NCBI GenBank assembly: GCA_965198175.1
Contig: OZ240245.1
Coordinates: 1,792,001 to 1,856,000 of the forward strand
Direction: 5' to 3'
DNA from: Candidatus Poribacteria bacterium
Lineage (GTDB): Bacteria > Poribacteria > WGA-4E > PCPOR2b
DNA: 64,000 nt
A program made the translations under genes and the position numbers. The notes beneath the pieces were generated by a model. It saw nothing but the letters and a program-made list of their open reading frames with translations, searched no databases and was not told where the DNA came from. Of this stretch, positions 20,611 to 30,281 are shown piece after piece. Numbering within the stretch: the first letter of the stretch is position 1; every line of letters starts with the position of its first letter.

Positions 20611-21624
20611 TTAATTTAATTCTTGGGCTTCCCCAGGATTCCAGATGGCTAGATACCCTTCTCGGGGCGGCAGCCCACTGTATAAAACTTGGTATAACTG
20701 GTCTACGATTGGCATTTCGACGTTCAATTCACCCTTCACTTCATAAAGGGCTTTCGCCGTCCGAATCCCTTCAGCAACACGACCGTTCAGCGCGGCTTCT
20801 GCCTCCTCGAGCGTCATACCGCGCCCCAAGTTTTCACCCAACGTCCGATTTCGACTATGGGGACTCAGACAAGTCGCCATTAGGTCACCGATGCCGGACA
20901 ATCCGAAGAATGTATCCGGATTTGCGCCCATCATCGTGCCGACCTTAATCATCTCTCTTAGCCCCCTTGTAATAATCGCCGCCTTTGTGTTGACGCCGAA
21001 GCCGAGACCGTCACCGATTCCCGCCATGATTGCAACAATGTTCTTTAACGCCCCTCCTAACTCTGTACCCACCATATCCGGGTTTTCATAGACCTTCAAA
21101 TGCGGGGTCGAAAACAAATCCCTGAGTATACCGAGGTATCGATAATTATTGCACGACACGACGGTCTTGGAAGGGATCTGCCGGACGATTTCATAGGCGA
21201 TGTTCGGACCTGAGAGCGTCGCAATCGGATGATTCCCGTTAGTTTCCTGCTGCATAATTTCGGAACAGCGCAGCCCCGTACACTCTTCAATACCTTTCGC
21301 GAGGTTTAGTAGGATGACCTCTTCTTTAAGGTCGGGTTGTGTCTGTTGAACGACAGCGCGCAAGGATTGGGCGGGTATGGCGTAAATAATTAGTCCCGCA
21401 TTATGAATGCCTTCTGATAGGCTGTGGGCAGCGTGCAGATTCGGACTCAATGAAATTCCGGGGAGATACTTCGGATTATTCTTATGGTCGGCAATGTGAC
21501 GTGTCAGCCACTCCTCACGCGCCCAAATAGAGACCGCTAACCCCTTTTCAGCAAGCAGATTTGCGACCGTTGTTCCCCAAGCACCGCCCCCGGCGACAAA
21601 AATCTTTTGGATGATTGAGGACAT
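20611..21624 (-). CDS. gpsA: NAD(P)H-dependent glycerol-3-phosphate dehydrogenase
   Basis: GGGAWGT, LSGPNIA, GGALKN, GIGDL..TC.S.HSRN and AEG motifs. Confidence 0.93.
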   Translation of the reverse strand: MSSIIQKIFVAGGGAWGTTVANLLAEKGLAVSIWAREEWLTRHIADHKNNPKYLPGISLSPNLHAAHSLSEGIHNAGLIIYAIPAQSLRAVVQQTQPDLKEEVILLNLAKGIEECTGLRCSEIMQQETNGNHPIATLSGPNIAYEIVRQIPSKTVVSCNNYRYLGILRDLFSTPHLKVYENPDMVGTELGGALKNIVAIMAGIGDGLGFGVNTKAAIITRGLREMIKVGTMMGANPDTFFGLSGIGDLMATCLSPHSRNRTLGENLGRGMTLEEAEAALNGRVAEGIRTAKALYEVKGELNVEMPIVDQLYQVLYSGLPPREGYLAIWNPGEAQELN

Positions 21625-21687
21625 AATCGCAACCTTCTCGTCTGTCAGAATATGGTATTAAACACCCTTCAAATTACCGACGCAATC

Positions 21688-22149
21688 TCACTCCAATCGC
21701 GTGGGGACCAGTTCGATCAGATTTTTGAAGGGGTCGAAACAGAAGACTGGTACTCCTTGATACATCCTCATCCATCCGTCAATCATGTTTCGTGAGAGTT
21801 CATCGTCAGGTTCAACACGATTGGGACCGAAGAGTATTTCGATACCGTTCTCTTCCAAACGGGCTTCAAGACCGTCCCAATCGGAAACTGCCAGGGCTAC
21901 ATGGCGATGGATGTGGCGTCGGGTAATGTCTGAAACGCCGCCAATATCTATGAACAGGTCTTCATAGTAGAGGGGACGTGAAGCGATGATGATATGAATC
22001 TCCTGGTTCCCGGAAGTGTAGAACAGTCCGGGAAACTTGAAACTGGGACGCGCTTTTTCTTTAAGCCCCAAGACTTCACCATAAAACCAAGCGGCACGCT
22101 CCTCATCATCCACAAGAAGTGTTGCGTGATGGATTCCGGTAACCTTCAT
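21688..22149 (-). CDS. VOC/glyoxalase family protein
   Basis: IHHATL, FYGEVLGL, HVAL and DPFKNLIEL. Confidence 0.85.
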   Translation of the reverse strand: MKVTGIHHATLLVDDEERAAWFYGEVLGLKEKARPSFKFPGLFYTSGNQEIHIIIASRPLYYEDLFIDIGGVSDITRRHIHRHVALAVSDWDGLEARLEENGIEILFGPNRVEPDDELSRNMIDGWMRMYQGVPVFCFDPFKNLIELVPTRLE

Positions 22150-22254
22150 TTCATGCTTCCTTTCGCGTTGCTAAGTTCTATACACTGAACTTTCCGCGGT
22201 GTGATCGGTTTTGTCAGGCAGGTAGACCCTAGCGCTTTTCGATTTGGGGCAATG

Positions 22255-22659
22255 TCAAGCTACTCCGGTGTCTTCATACACTTGCATGACTTCGGTTCTG
22301 ATGCCGTCGGGGGCTTCAAAAAATGCGAACTTCCGTTTGCCGAAGTCGCTCGTAATGACCATGGGACCCATGATGAATTTCACACCGGATTCACGCAGTT
22401 TCGCTATTTCGGCTTCAAAGTCGTCTGTTTCGTAGACGACGTGCAAAAAGCCCAGCGGCAAGTTCAGACCGAGGTCATCTTCATAGGGGGCTTTGTCGAA
22501 CAGAATAATCCGCGTCTCGCCCATCCGAATGAGCGTATATTGGCAACCCAAGACTTCACTTTTTATACGCACTTCGGCGCCCATGTAGCGCGTGTAGAAT
22601 GCCGTCGTTTCCTCGATATTTTCGACTTTGACTCCGTAGTTCCACATTCCTTTTATCAT
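22255..22659 (-). CDS. VOC/glyoxalase family protein
   Basis: GFLHVVY and FFEAPDGIRTEV. Confidence 0.85.
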   Translation of the reverse strand: MIKGMWNYGVKVENIEETTAFYTRYMGAEVRIKSEVLGCQYTLIRMGETRIILFDKAPYEDDLGLNLPLGFLHVVYETDDFEAEIAKLRESGVKFIMGPMVITSDFGKRKFAFFEAPDGIRTEVMQVYEDTGVA

Positions 22660-22821
22660 CTATTTTTCGCGGTAGGGATATTGTCCAGATCACTTCTTTC
22701 ACTAGGTTCGGACACGATCGGGACAGGGTGGAAACCGCACCTCCTCGCTTCGTTAAATTATACAGCAGTTATGCTTCTATTATATCTAACTCCATATGGG
22801 AACGCAAACGTTAAAACAGTT

Positions 22822-23037
22822 TCACGAGCGCGGCGTTCTTTTCCGCAGCCACCGCCAGCCGCGCGAAATGAATCTGAGCCTGCCCCGCATGTATCTTAGC
22901 TGTCCGCCCAATCTGGTCAACCTCCGGCTTGAGACGACCCACCAGAGCAACCGGCCCAGCCTCCGCCTTTTCAGGTTGTTCAGAACCCTTAGCAGAAAGG
23001 TTATCGTATTGAGAATTTTCAATGTTCGCCATAACAT
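22822..23037 (-). CDS. Possible small Arg/Trp-rich cationic peptide
   Basis: 71-aa ORF fills a gap between co-oriented genes; no clear SD. Confidence 0.35.
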   Translation of the reverse strand: MLWRTLKILNTITFLLRVLNNLKRRRLGRLLWWVVSSRRLTRLGGQLRYMRGRLRFISRGWRWLRKRTPRS

Positions 23038-23101
23038 GGTAATGACCGTATTTTAACTTTGCAGGCAGCACGCCAGATTGGTATAGAGCGTAAGCGATGT
23101 G

Positions 23102-23896
23102 CTATTGCACTTTCAGGTTGCCCCAGGTAGTGGCGAGTTTTCCATGAGATTGAACGGCGAGGACATGTGCCAAACCGCCTTTGAAGTGAGATTGAATTTC
23201 ATCGTCGGTAAAAGCCCGCCGCGCGATTAGGACTTCGTCGATAATGCCGTCCATGGCAATGGGACCTTCAGCCCATCCGACCGTCAAAGGCGCTTCAATG
23301 ACTGGTGGAATCACCAAGTCATCGGACGCCATGCTATGCGGTTTGCCATCAATATAGAAAATGTAGTCGTCGCCCTCCCTCACGACAGCGACCTGATACC
23401 ACCGGTTCGGTGCGGGCTTGGGTTCCCACAACTTCGAATCAAGTTGCGCAGCGCGCGCGGGTGCGCTGTTATATGCCACGAAATTCAATTTCGTACTTTG
23501 GGCTTTGTTGTACCGAAAAATCCACTTGTTTTTCGACCCGCCACCTTCATCTTGACCGAGAAACCCGTGTTGTTGGACGCTTGTCTCCGCCATGTTCACC
23601 CAGGCGGCAATCGTGAAGTCTGTGTCGAACAGACTCAGACTCTCATCCTGTCCGGCATCCACAAAGCTGACCGGCTCGAACCGCAGCGCACTGCCAAACT
23701 TTCCATCCGCCCATGTAACATTCCCGTTGAACGTGCCGTGATTTTCGTGAGGGGAGAGGTCTTTAGTGTCCTCGCCGGCGCCTTCCTCAAATGGCATCGC
23801 AAGTACCACATCTTTGTCAACCGCGGCTGCGGCTTTTTCAAAAGAGAATACCACAATCAAAACGGTTGTCAGCAAAGTCAGAACCAGTGTTTTCAT
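23102..23896 (-). CDS. Secreted LamG-like jellyroll protein
   Basis: Start MKTLVL with an aaaggag SD; signal peptide; GKFGSAL, FTIAAWVN and GIIDEV; C-terminal AVQSHGKLATTWGNLK. Confidence 0.88.
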   Translation of the reverse strand: MKTLVLTLLTTVLIVVFSFEKAAAAVDKDVVLAMPFEEGAGEDTKDLSPHENHGTFNGNVTWADGKFGSALRFEPVSFVDAGQDESLSLFDTDFTIAAWVNMAETSVQQHGFLGQDEGGGSKNKWIFRYNKAQSTKLNFVAYNSAPARAAQLDSKLWEPKPAPNRWYQVAVVREGDDYIFYIDGKPHSMASDDLVIPPVIEAPLTVGWAEGPIAMDGIIDEVLIARRAFTDDEIQSHFKGGLAHVLAVQSHGKLATTWGNLKVQ

Positions 23897-24053
23897 TTTT
23901 GTTCTCCTTTCAGCTTGGAACTGTCTGCGTTGTCGCTGAAACATAAAAGCACGTAAGTTCGGATGAACGGCACCCACCGAAAACACCTAGTGCGGCATCT
24001 ATCTTTCACAGTTCGGCAACGCTTGAAATTTCTCAGATTTTGGAAACGCAACG

Positions 24054-24172
24054 GTTAATCGTGTCGTGTTTCACTGGGCGTCTGCGGGATTTCTATCGCA
24101 GTCGCTGTTCGCTCACTATTCGGTCGGTTGAACGCTCCTTATCCAGTCGGTTGATCGCTCAACTCAACCTAC
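24054..24172. repeat. REP-associated composite repeat; the first ~62 bp is repeated at 25409-25470
   Basis: gttaatcgtgtcg.gtttcactgggcgtctgcgggatttctatcgcagtcgctgttcgctca occurs at both sites; ends in caactcaacctac. Confidence 0.85.
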
Positions 24173-24313
24173 TACTAGGCAATTTTTTTTGCGATTTATT
24201 GACATGCTTCACCAGTGGACGTACGTTTACAGGCGGAGGACAACTTCAGCAGTGGCACCGGTACATCTCCGCCGGCGATGAGTAGGGCGTTAAGCATAGG
24301 CTCTGGGACAAGC

Positions 24314-24901
24314 TTAATAAAAACATTCAAAACCGCGCAGTTCCAGATAATCTTCTGATGACTCATACTCTACAGAAAAATAGACGGGACGAAATTTCAG
24401 ATTTATCTCCAGATCGATTTCAGCTAACCGTTCGATCCGATCTACAGAATATTCTGAAAGCACGATAACCACGTTGGCGTATTCCGGGGCAGAGATGTTA
24501 ATGTAACCTTCTTGCACATAAGGGATTTCTTCCAATTTTTCTTTATAGAGTTGTTTCAGTTCTTGCCAAGCCGCGGGTTCAACTTCTTCGATAATTCTTT
24601 TCAGGAACGTATATTCCTGAGACGTAGGAGCACTTTCCCCCAACTGTTCATAACGGGAGACAATTTTCGCGCACAAGTTTGACTTTGCCTCTTTCACGCT
24701 TGCGCCTGTACCGCATCGTTAAACGTCATCATAGGTAGCGGTCGCAGCATCCTCCGCCCTTTCGATTGTGATTGGAATTGGATGTCGTAAGTGGTAGGCG
24801 TAATTTCGAAGATTTTGGATCCAACGTCTTTCAGGAAGCTGGCGAAATTCTGAACGAATTATTTCTCTAACTTGCTCAAGCTCAAACTCCTCAAGTGCCA
24901 C
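24314..24901 (-). pseudogene. HicB-like/hypothetical gene split by one in-frame TAA at 24719-24721
   Basis: The ORFs at 24719-24901 and 24314-24697 share a frame and read TATYDDV*RCGTGASVKEAKSNL; strong aggagg SD before 24901. Confidence 0.7.
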
Positions 24902-25054
24902 GGTTTCCTCCTAACTGTCATCAATAAAATCATCCTCAAAAGTATAATAAACAACCGATTCAACAACAATTCAATAACAACCACGGCGCTTTTAACTTAG
25001 AGCGCCTGTAGGGTGTGCCGACCCCGGCGGGAGACAGGACCGAGAATGAGTTTC

Positions 25055-25402
25055 TGTAGGTTGGGTAGAGCGGATAATTCCAAAACGGTTCAGGTAGCAA
25101 TTAACCGTTTCGAATTTTTAATGATGCTGCTGTCAATACACGCAGTGCGAAACCCAACGTTTTTATAACCTCCGGCAACCCTGGCAAATTTCGAATACAA
25201 TACATCGCTCCGAATTCCAAATACTCTCATTGTTTTTCATTGTTCCCATCGTTCTGGTGTTGGCGTTTGCCGGTTGGCTATCTGGACGTTTCAAAAACGT
25301 TGGGTTTCGCTCCACCTTAACATTTACCAAACAGTCTCAAACGTATGTACTGCATACGAAATACTACGCATGATTCACCATATCCGCTCTACCCAACCTA
25401 CA
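25055..25402. mobile_element. REPIN/MITE-like element built from GTAG-type REP halves
   Basis: Perfect 22-bp terminal inverted repeat tgtaggttgggtagagcggata / tatccgctctacccaacctaca; inner inverted repeat gcgaaacccaacgtttt / aaaacgttgggtttcgc. Confidence 0.8.
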
Positions 25403-25408
25403 AATACT

Positions 25409-25647
25409 GTTAATCGTGTCGGGTTTCACTGGGCGTCTGCGGGATTTCTATCGCAGTCGCTGTTCGCTCATTTGATCTTCAGGAAAACTATCGCCCTCGT
25501 TATTCACTCGGTTGATCTCTACCCAAGTTACTATAGCTTCGCAATGACAGACGAGAAAAGCGTTGGGTTACGGAGAAGACTATCGCCCAAGTTCTCTATC
25601 GCGTTCCTACTCGGTCGCTTGATCTATTCGCTCCCTTGATCGCTCAA
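25409..25647. repeat. Cluster of REP-like hairpins carrying several 31-nt CTATCGC-N17-TTGATC cassettes
   Basis: Full cassettes at 25447 and 25487, partial ones at ~25579-25640; gttgggt...acccaacctac stems. Confidence 0.85.
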
Positions 25648-25669
25648 CCCAACCTACGAGGACTCGCTA

Positions 25670-26521
25670 CTACTGTTCCTTATTTTCATCCTTCGGTAAA
25701 TATTGACTCCATTGGCTCTTCACGTATTCGTAGAAACCGTCCACAGGCTTACTGCCGCATATCGGGGCAAGTTCCTGTCCGATTTTTGTAAGAACTACCT
25801 TTCCAATCGCTAGCTCGTTACGAGTATCCTTGGGAAACTCCAAGAACAGTGGTTTACTATAGTAGTGCACAACAAGTCTTTCGGGCAAATCGTAACGACC
25901 GAAACCAGAAGCGCCAGCAGATTGAATTAGTCCAATACTCTCAAGGTGAATCAGGGAATTGAGGTTAATTCCGTGTTTGGTGTAAATTTCCGCCTTCTCA
26001 TCAAACACCAAAGGCACAACATTTCCTATCATCCAACGAAATCCACAGAGCTTAGTGAATAGTTCAGCATCGCTCTTGTCAAACCCTGCAATAAGATTAA
26101 CGGTCCGCTTTGAGTAGGTACCAGGAGTATTCGCTTCGCCTGCCAATACGCGTGACCACAGGCTCTGCATATCGTTGTCATATACTATCCGAGATTTATT
26201 AAAGAAGTTGGATATCCAGTCGTCATCCATGGCGTCGGGTATTGCTTCTTCTTTCAAATGAGGAACTGCTTTAGCGATAATGTCCTCCATGTTCTTTTGG
26301 TGACGCTCATCTTCTTCAATACGCCGTTGTGCAGCTCGTTGACGCAAATCAGTTGTTTCAATCTCAAATTGTGCTTTTATTTTTGCGGCGTCAGCTTCCG
26401 CCCGAGCAACTCTTTTAATCTGCCAGGGCGCAACGGTGCCACCGATGCCGTTCGCTATTTTCTTGACCAGGGTATCAACAGGCTTCGATAGTTTACCCAA
26501 GTTCACAATAGAATTTGGCAT
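25670..26521 (-). CDS. DUF2806-like protein
   Basis: DDWISNFF, MQSLWSRVLAGEANTPGTYSKRT and LTKIGQEL, as recalled for the family. Confidence 0.75.
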   Translation of the reverse strand: MPNSIVNLGKLSKPVDTLVKKIANGIGGTVAPWQIKRVARAEADAAKIKAQFEIETTDLRQRAAQRRIEEDERHQKNMEDIIAKAVPHLKEEAIPDAMDDDWISNFFNKSRIVYDNDMQSLWSRVLAGEANTPGTYSKRTVNLIAGFDKSDAELFTKLCGFRWMIGNVVPLVFDEKAEIYTKHGINLNSLIHLESIGLIQSAGASGFGRYDLPERLVVHYYSKPLFLEFPKDTRNELAIGKVVLTKIGQELAPICGSKPVDGFYEYVKSQWSQYLPKDENKEQ

Positions 26522-26540
26522 TGCTGAGCATCCTCCTTAT

Positions 26541-29500
26541 CTATTCTAATTCTAAACCCGGCAGACCATCCACGATGTTGACGGTTTCTAGGCTGACGGT
26601 GATTACTTTGGCGAGGAGTTTGACGATGTATTGGGGGTCGTCGTCGCGGTTGGGGTCGTTGACAATGCCGCTGCGTTTGTCCGTCTTGAGGCGATACTGG
26701 TCAATCACCCATTCCAACGCCGATCGATTGCCAAGCCGATAGTCAAACGCCTTTGCGGGTATCCCGTCGAGGGTTAGGAAGTCGTTGTATTTTATTTGTG
26801 TTTTGTCTTTGGACAACTTCATCATTTCGACGCGCCAATTGAGCTGTGTATCCGGTGTTTCAATGTAGGTGAGCGGATATTCGCCAACGTCTTCATAGCC
26901 GACGTGGATTTCCCCCAAGCGTTTACCCGCTTTGGCGAACCCCCAGAAGTCGGGTGCATAGGGAAGGCGCGGCAGGTCACGTTTTAGGTTCGCAGCATAC
27001 CGCTCCCGATATTCCGGGTGGTGGAGTAGACCGTAGACGTAATGGAAGATGTCCAACTTGCCGATAGTATCGTCTCGGTAATGTGACCGGAATTGTGCCA
27101 ACGCCCAATGAGTGATATTCTCCCGGCGGTTCATTCCATCCTCGTCGTAGGTGTAGAAGGGGAAGCATTGGGCTTTTTCAAACGCTAAATCAAAGGCGGT
27201 AATCCTGTTTGTTGTAAAACATCCGAAGCCTTTTCTATCACCAACGCCAGCAACACAAATCACCCGATTCTCTGTTTCCGTCTCCAGCGTTGGGAAAATG
27301 GATGGAAATACGAGCACCCGATCGTTTGTCATTCTATCAAAGTAGAGGTTCGATTTCACAAACGGGCGATAAAAGGATTGTCTGATTATTGCTTCTGAAA
27401 ACTCCGTAATTTGCCCGCTTTTTAAATTCTGTTTTAAGCCCGAACTCCACTTGATTCTCGTGTCATCGTAAATCACGAAGTCATCAACTGTTGCCTCCCG
27501 ATTTCCTTGACGTTTCCACCTATCAACCTCCTCGTTGAAAACTCCGATCATCCCGCTCATAGTTTCAGCCAGCGCCTTTCGGTTGAAGTTGTATACCCAC
27601 GCATCTCGGTTGGTTTTGACACCACCGCTATAAATCTTAAAAATCACTTCACCTGCATCACTATTTGCCGCCTTCGCTTCCTTAGTTCCCATCGGAATAA
27701 GGGTCTCAAATTCGGCGTGGAGTCCTTCGGCGAGCCACGTATATCGTTCGTCAGGTTGAACGGTCTGCCACGTTATATTGCCGATGTGTCCGCGTTCATT
27801 TAGAAAATCGAATTTCTGTTTTTTGTTCCATCGATCGTCGGTGCGATAGCAAAAGATGCGGGCTGCACCACAGGATTCGTCTTCGGTTGTAGCCGCAGTT
27901 ACAGGTCCGGTTTTCACAAATAGGTTGATGCTCACGCCGACCCGTATCCCGAACACATTGGCATCCGATACGTACAATCCCTTCCGCGCATTCCCGCCCA
28001 TGTCCAGAATGTAAATCGCGTCGAAATCGTCCGCGAGGTGTTTCCTCATCCCGTCAAACGCCACACCGTCAAGAAAGCTGTTGTTGGTCACAAAGGCGAC
28101 AATCCCCTCCTCACCAATTCGATTCGATGCCCACCGAATAGTCTTGACATACGGATCCGCCAATGCCTTTTTGTTCCTCGCCTTGGAATCTTTCCCATAG
28201 GTCTTAGCCACGTGTGCAGCCATTGTCTCATAATTCCGGTTTTTGTTGTTGTCGTTCTCGTTGACCTGACCCACGTTATATGGCGGATTGCCGATAACCA
28301 CAAACATCGGCGTCACTTTCTGACTCTCAACGCGACGGGTGTTCTCCTCGGCAAACAGAGATTGATAGTCGTCCGGGTCTTCCACCAACTCAAAAGTATC
28401 AACGAAGCAGGTACCCTCAAAGGGACGATATGCCCCCGTCGCTTCGTAAAAATAATGCTCGATGTTCATCGACGCGATGTAGTAGGGCAGCAGCATCACC
28501 TCGTTGCAGTGGAGTTCGGACTGATATTTGTCTGCCAGTGCAGTCTTCTGAATCTCGCGCATAACTCGCACGATGAAATTACCGGTTCCCACAAACGGGT
28601 CGATGATGTGAACGCCAGAATCGGAGAGAGATCGATTGAATTCGGTCTTTAGTATCTGATCGACGCTTTTCACCATAAAGTCGACAATCGGTTGCGGTGT
28701 GTAGACAATTCCGTGCGTGTCTGCAACCTTCACCGAAAACCCCTGAAAAAACTGCTCGTAAACCGTGTTGAGAAAACCCTGTTTTTGGGAGAAGTCGCTG
28801 ATTGTCGCAGCGGTGCGTTCGATTGCGATGTAAAAGTGATCGAGGCTACGAAGAAAACTGTCGCGGCTAAACGACTGCGAGGTGAGGGCATCAATCACTT
28901 TTTCGATTTCATAGGCGATGACGTTGCGGCGGGCGAAGTCGGGGTTATCGAAGACGGTGCGGAAGATGCGTTCGGTCAGAAGGTGCTGAATTAGCATCTC
29001 CTCGACTGCGGCTTCGGCGAGGTTGGGGTTGATTGCTTGACGACATTTCTCATGGAATTCGGCAAAGGCGACCTTAAACTGAGGACTGATCTCCCGTTCC
29101 GTTTGTATGAGGGACGCCAAGCTGTCTCCGAGTGCAGGCACAACCGCTTTGAACTGCGCGACCGCATCCTCCCATTCGGCGTATTCCTGCGGACGGTGGG
29201 AAAAGAAGGTTTCGAGCGTCCCTATCAGTTCGGTAGGGTTGGTCAGGTTAACATCGAGCACCTGCTGGGTGTTTTGCCAAAGGATGGCGCGATGCGGGGT
29301 TTGGAAGAGGATGTTGTCGCAGGGGTAGCCCGCCTCAAATTTCTGCTGTACTTGGGTTGGTAGGTCGTCGTGGATGTCCTTCGCTTCCCAATAGCCATGC
29401 GGCAGCCGGAAATCGTCAATCAACGCGCCGTCAACGGCAATCCGCTTGTTACGAGGGGCATTCATCGAATGCTCAGGCACGAGAGTCCATTTTAACTTCT

Positions 29501-29639
29501 GTGCGCAGTGTTGAAGCAGGGATTGGAATGCCGAGCGGACCGCCGTCTCGTGGGTAACGCCGAGCCGGTTGAACTGATCGAGCGCGGCGTAGTAGTTTTT
29601 AATTGGTTTGTGAGTTGGTTTGAGGTTGAGGGTTGGCAT
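26541..29639 (-). CDS. Single-chain restriction-modification enzyme (type IIG / helicase-less type ISP-like) with N6-adenine MTase
   Basis: N-terminal VDG...WEAKD nuclease motif, GIVYTP, DPFVGTG (motif I), GNPPY (motif IV) and an ISP-like C-terminal region (LGNRSALEWVIDQY). Confidence 0.88.
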   Translation of the reverse strand: MPTLNLKPTHKPIKNYYAALDQFNRLGVTHETAVRSAFQSLLQHCAQKLKWTLVPEHSMNAPRNKRIAVDGALIDDFRLPHGYWEAKDIHDDLPTQVQQKFEAGYPCDNILFQTPHRAILWQNTQQVLDVNLTNPTELIGTLETFFSHRPQEYAEWEDAVAQFKAVVPALGDSLASLIQTEREISPQFKVAFAEFHEKCRQAINPNLAEAAVEEMLIQHLLTERIFRTVFDNPDFARRNVIAYEIEKVIDALTSQSFSRDSFLRSLDHFYIAIERTAATISDFSQKQGFLNTVYEQFFQGFSVKVADTHGIVYTPQPIVDFMVKSVDQILKTEFNRSLSDSGVHIIDPFVGTGNFIVRVMREIQKTALADKYQSELHCNEVMLLPYYIASMNIEHYFYEATGAYRPFEGTCFVDTFELVEDPDDYQSLFAEENTRRVESQKVTPMFVVIGNPPYNVGQVNENDNNKNRNYETMAAHVAKTYGKDSKARNKKALADPYVKTIRWASNRIGEEGIVAFVTNNSFLDGVAFDGMRKHLADDFDAIYILDMGGNARKGLYVSDANVFGIRVGVSINLFVKTGPVTAATTEDESCGAARIFCYRTDDRWNKKQKFDFLNERGHIGNITWQTVQPDERYTWLAEGLHAEFETLIPMGTKEAKAANSDAGEVIFKIYSGGVKTNRDAWVYNFNRKALAETMSGMIGVFNEEVDRWKRQGNREATVDDFVIYDDTRIKWSSGLKQNLKSGQITEFSEAIIRQSFYRPFVKSNLYFDRMTNDRVLVFPSIFPTLETETENRVICVAGVGDRKGFGCFTTNRITAFDLAFEKAQCFPFYTYDEDGMNRRENITHWALAQFRSHYRDDTIGKLDIFHYVYGLLHHPEYRERYAANLKRDLPRLPYAPDFWGFAKAGKRLGEIHVGYEDVGEYPLTYIETPDTQLNWRVEMMKLSKDKTQIKYNDFLTLDGIPAKAFDYRLGNRSALEWVIDQYRLKTDKRSGIVNDPNRDDDPQYIVKLLAKVITVSLETVNIVDGLPGLELE

Positions 29640-29661
29640 TGTGTTGGTTTTCGTAAATTTT

Positions 29662-29880
29662 CTAATTCGACAGATTCGCAGTTGAGGCTTCTATCTGTTC
29701 ATAAGACAGTTCGGGTAGACTTGCCTGTTGATGGGCATGTTCAATGGTGATTGCCACTAGATTCCCAGAGGCATCCAGATCGACATAAATATTCTCGTTA
29801 ATCTCTTTTGTCTCGGTCACTTCTCGCCCTGAGAATTCAACCAAGGCGGTGTCTGTATCGTGAAAATATTTGACTTTCAT
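29662..29880 (-). CDS. DUF2283 family protein
   Basis: MKVKYFHDTDTAL...VDLDASGNLVAITIEHA. Confidence 0.82.
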   Translation of the reverse strand: MKVKYFHDTDTALVEFSGREVTETKEINENIYVDLDASGNLVAITIEHAHQQASLPELSYEQIEASTANLSN

Positions 29881-29967
29881 TGGTTTACTTTTCCACCCTT
29901 CCTACAATCGTGCGCCGAAGAAATCGGAGATTTCTAACGCCGAATACATAACTTTCGACACGGTCAA

Positions 29968-30196
29968 AATGACAGACAGGAAAAGCGTTGGGTTTCGGAG
30001 AAAACTATCGCCTTCGCTATTCGCACAGTTGATCTCTACCCAACCTACAATCAACTGTGCACTCGCAGTCGTTTATCCATATCCTAATAAAATTACAGAG
30101 GAGTCTTTTACCTGTGGGAGAGGCGTCTAAAACTATCGCGCTTCCTACTCGGGCACTTGATCCTCGACAATCGGGAGAAGGATCTCCCTCCCACAG
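29968..30196. repeat. Two REP-like hairpins, each with a 31-nt cassette in its loop
   Basis: gttgggt..[30004-30034]..acccaacctac and tgtgggag..[30132-30162]..ctcccaca. Confidence 0.8.
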
Positions 30197-30281
30197 TATT
30201 GCCCTGTGTGACTTTGCCATCCGTTGGGAGCAGCAACGTGTATAGGCGGTTTTCTTGACTAATACAGTTTCGGAACAACAC

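Noticed and set aside
24719..24721. Selenocysteine readthrough or programmed frameshift
   Set aside because: The stop is TAA, not TGA, and both halves are in the same frame.
25274..25639. 121-aa plus-strand ORF (also 29870-30349, 36476-36795, 37600-37821)
   Set aside because: They lie largely over repeat clusters and have no protein-like features.
25409..25647. CRISPR array
   Set aside because: No constant repeat with unique spacers at regular spacing, the variable cores are related to each other, and there are no cas genes.
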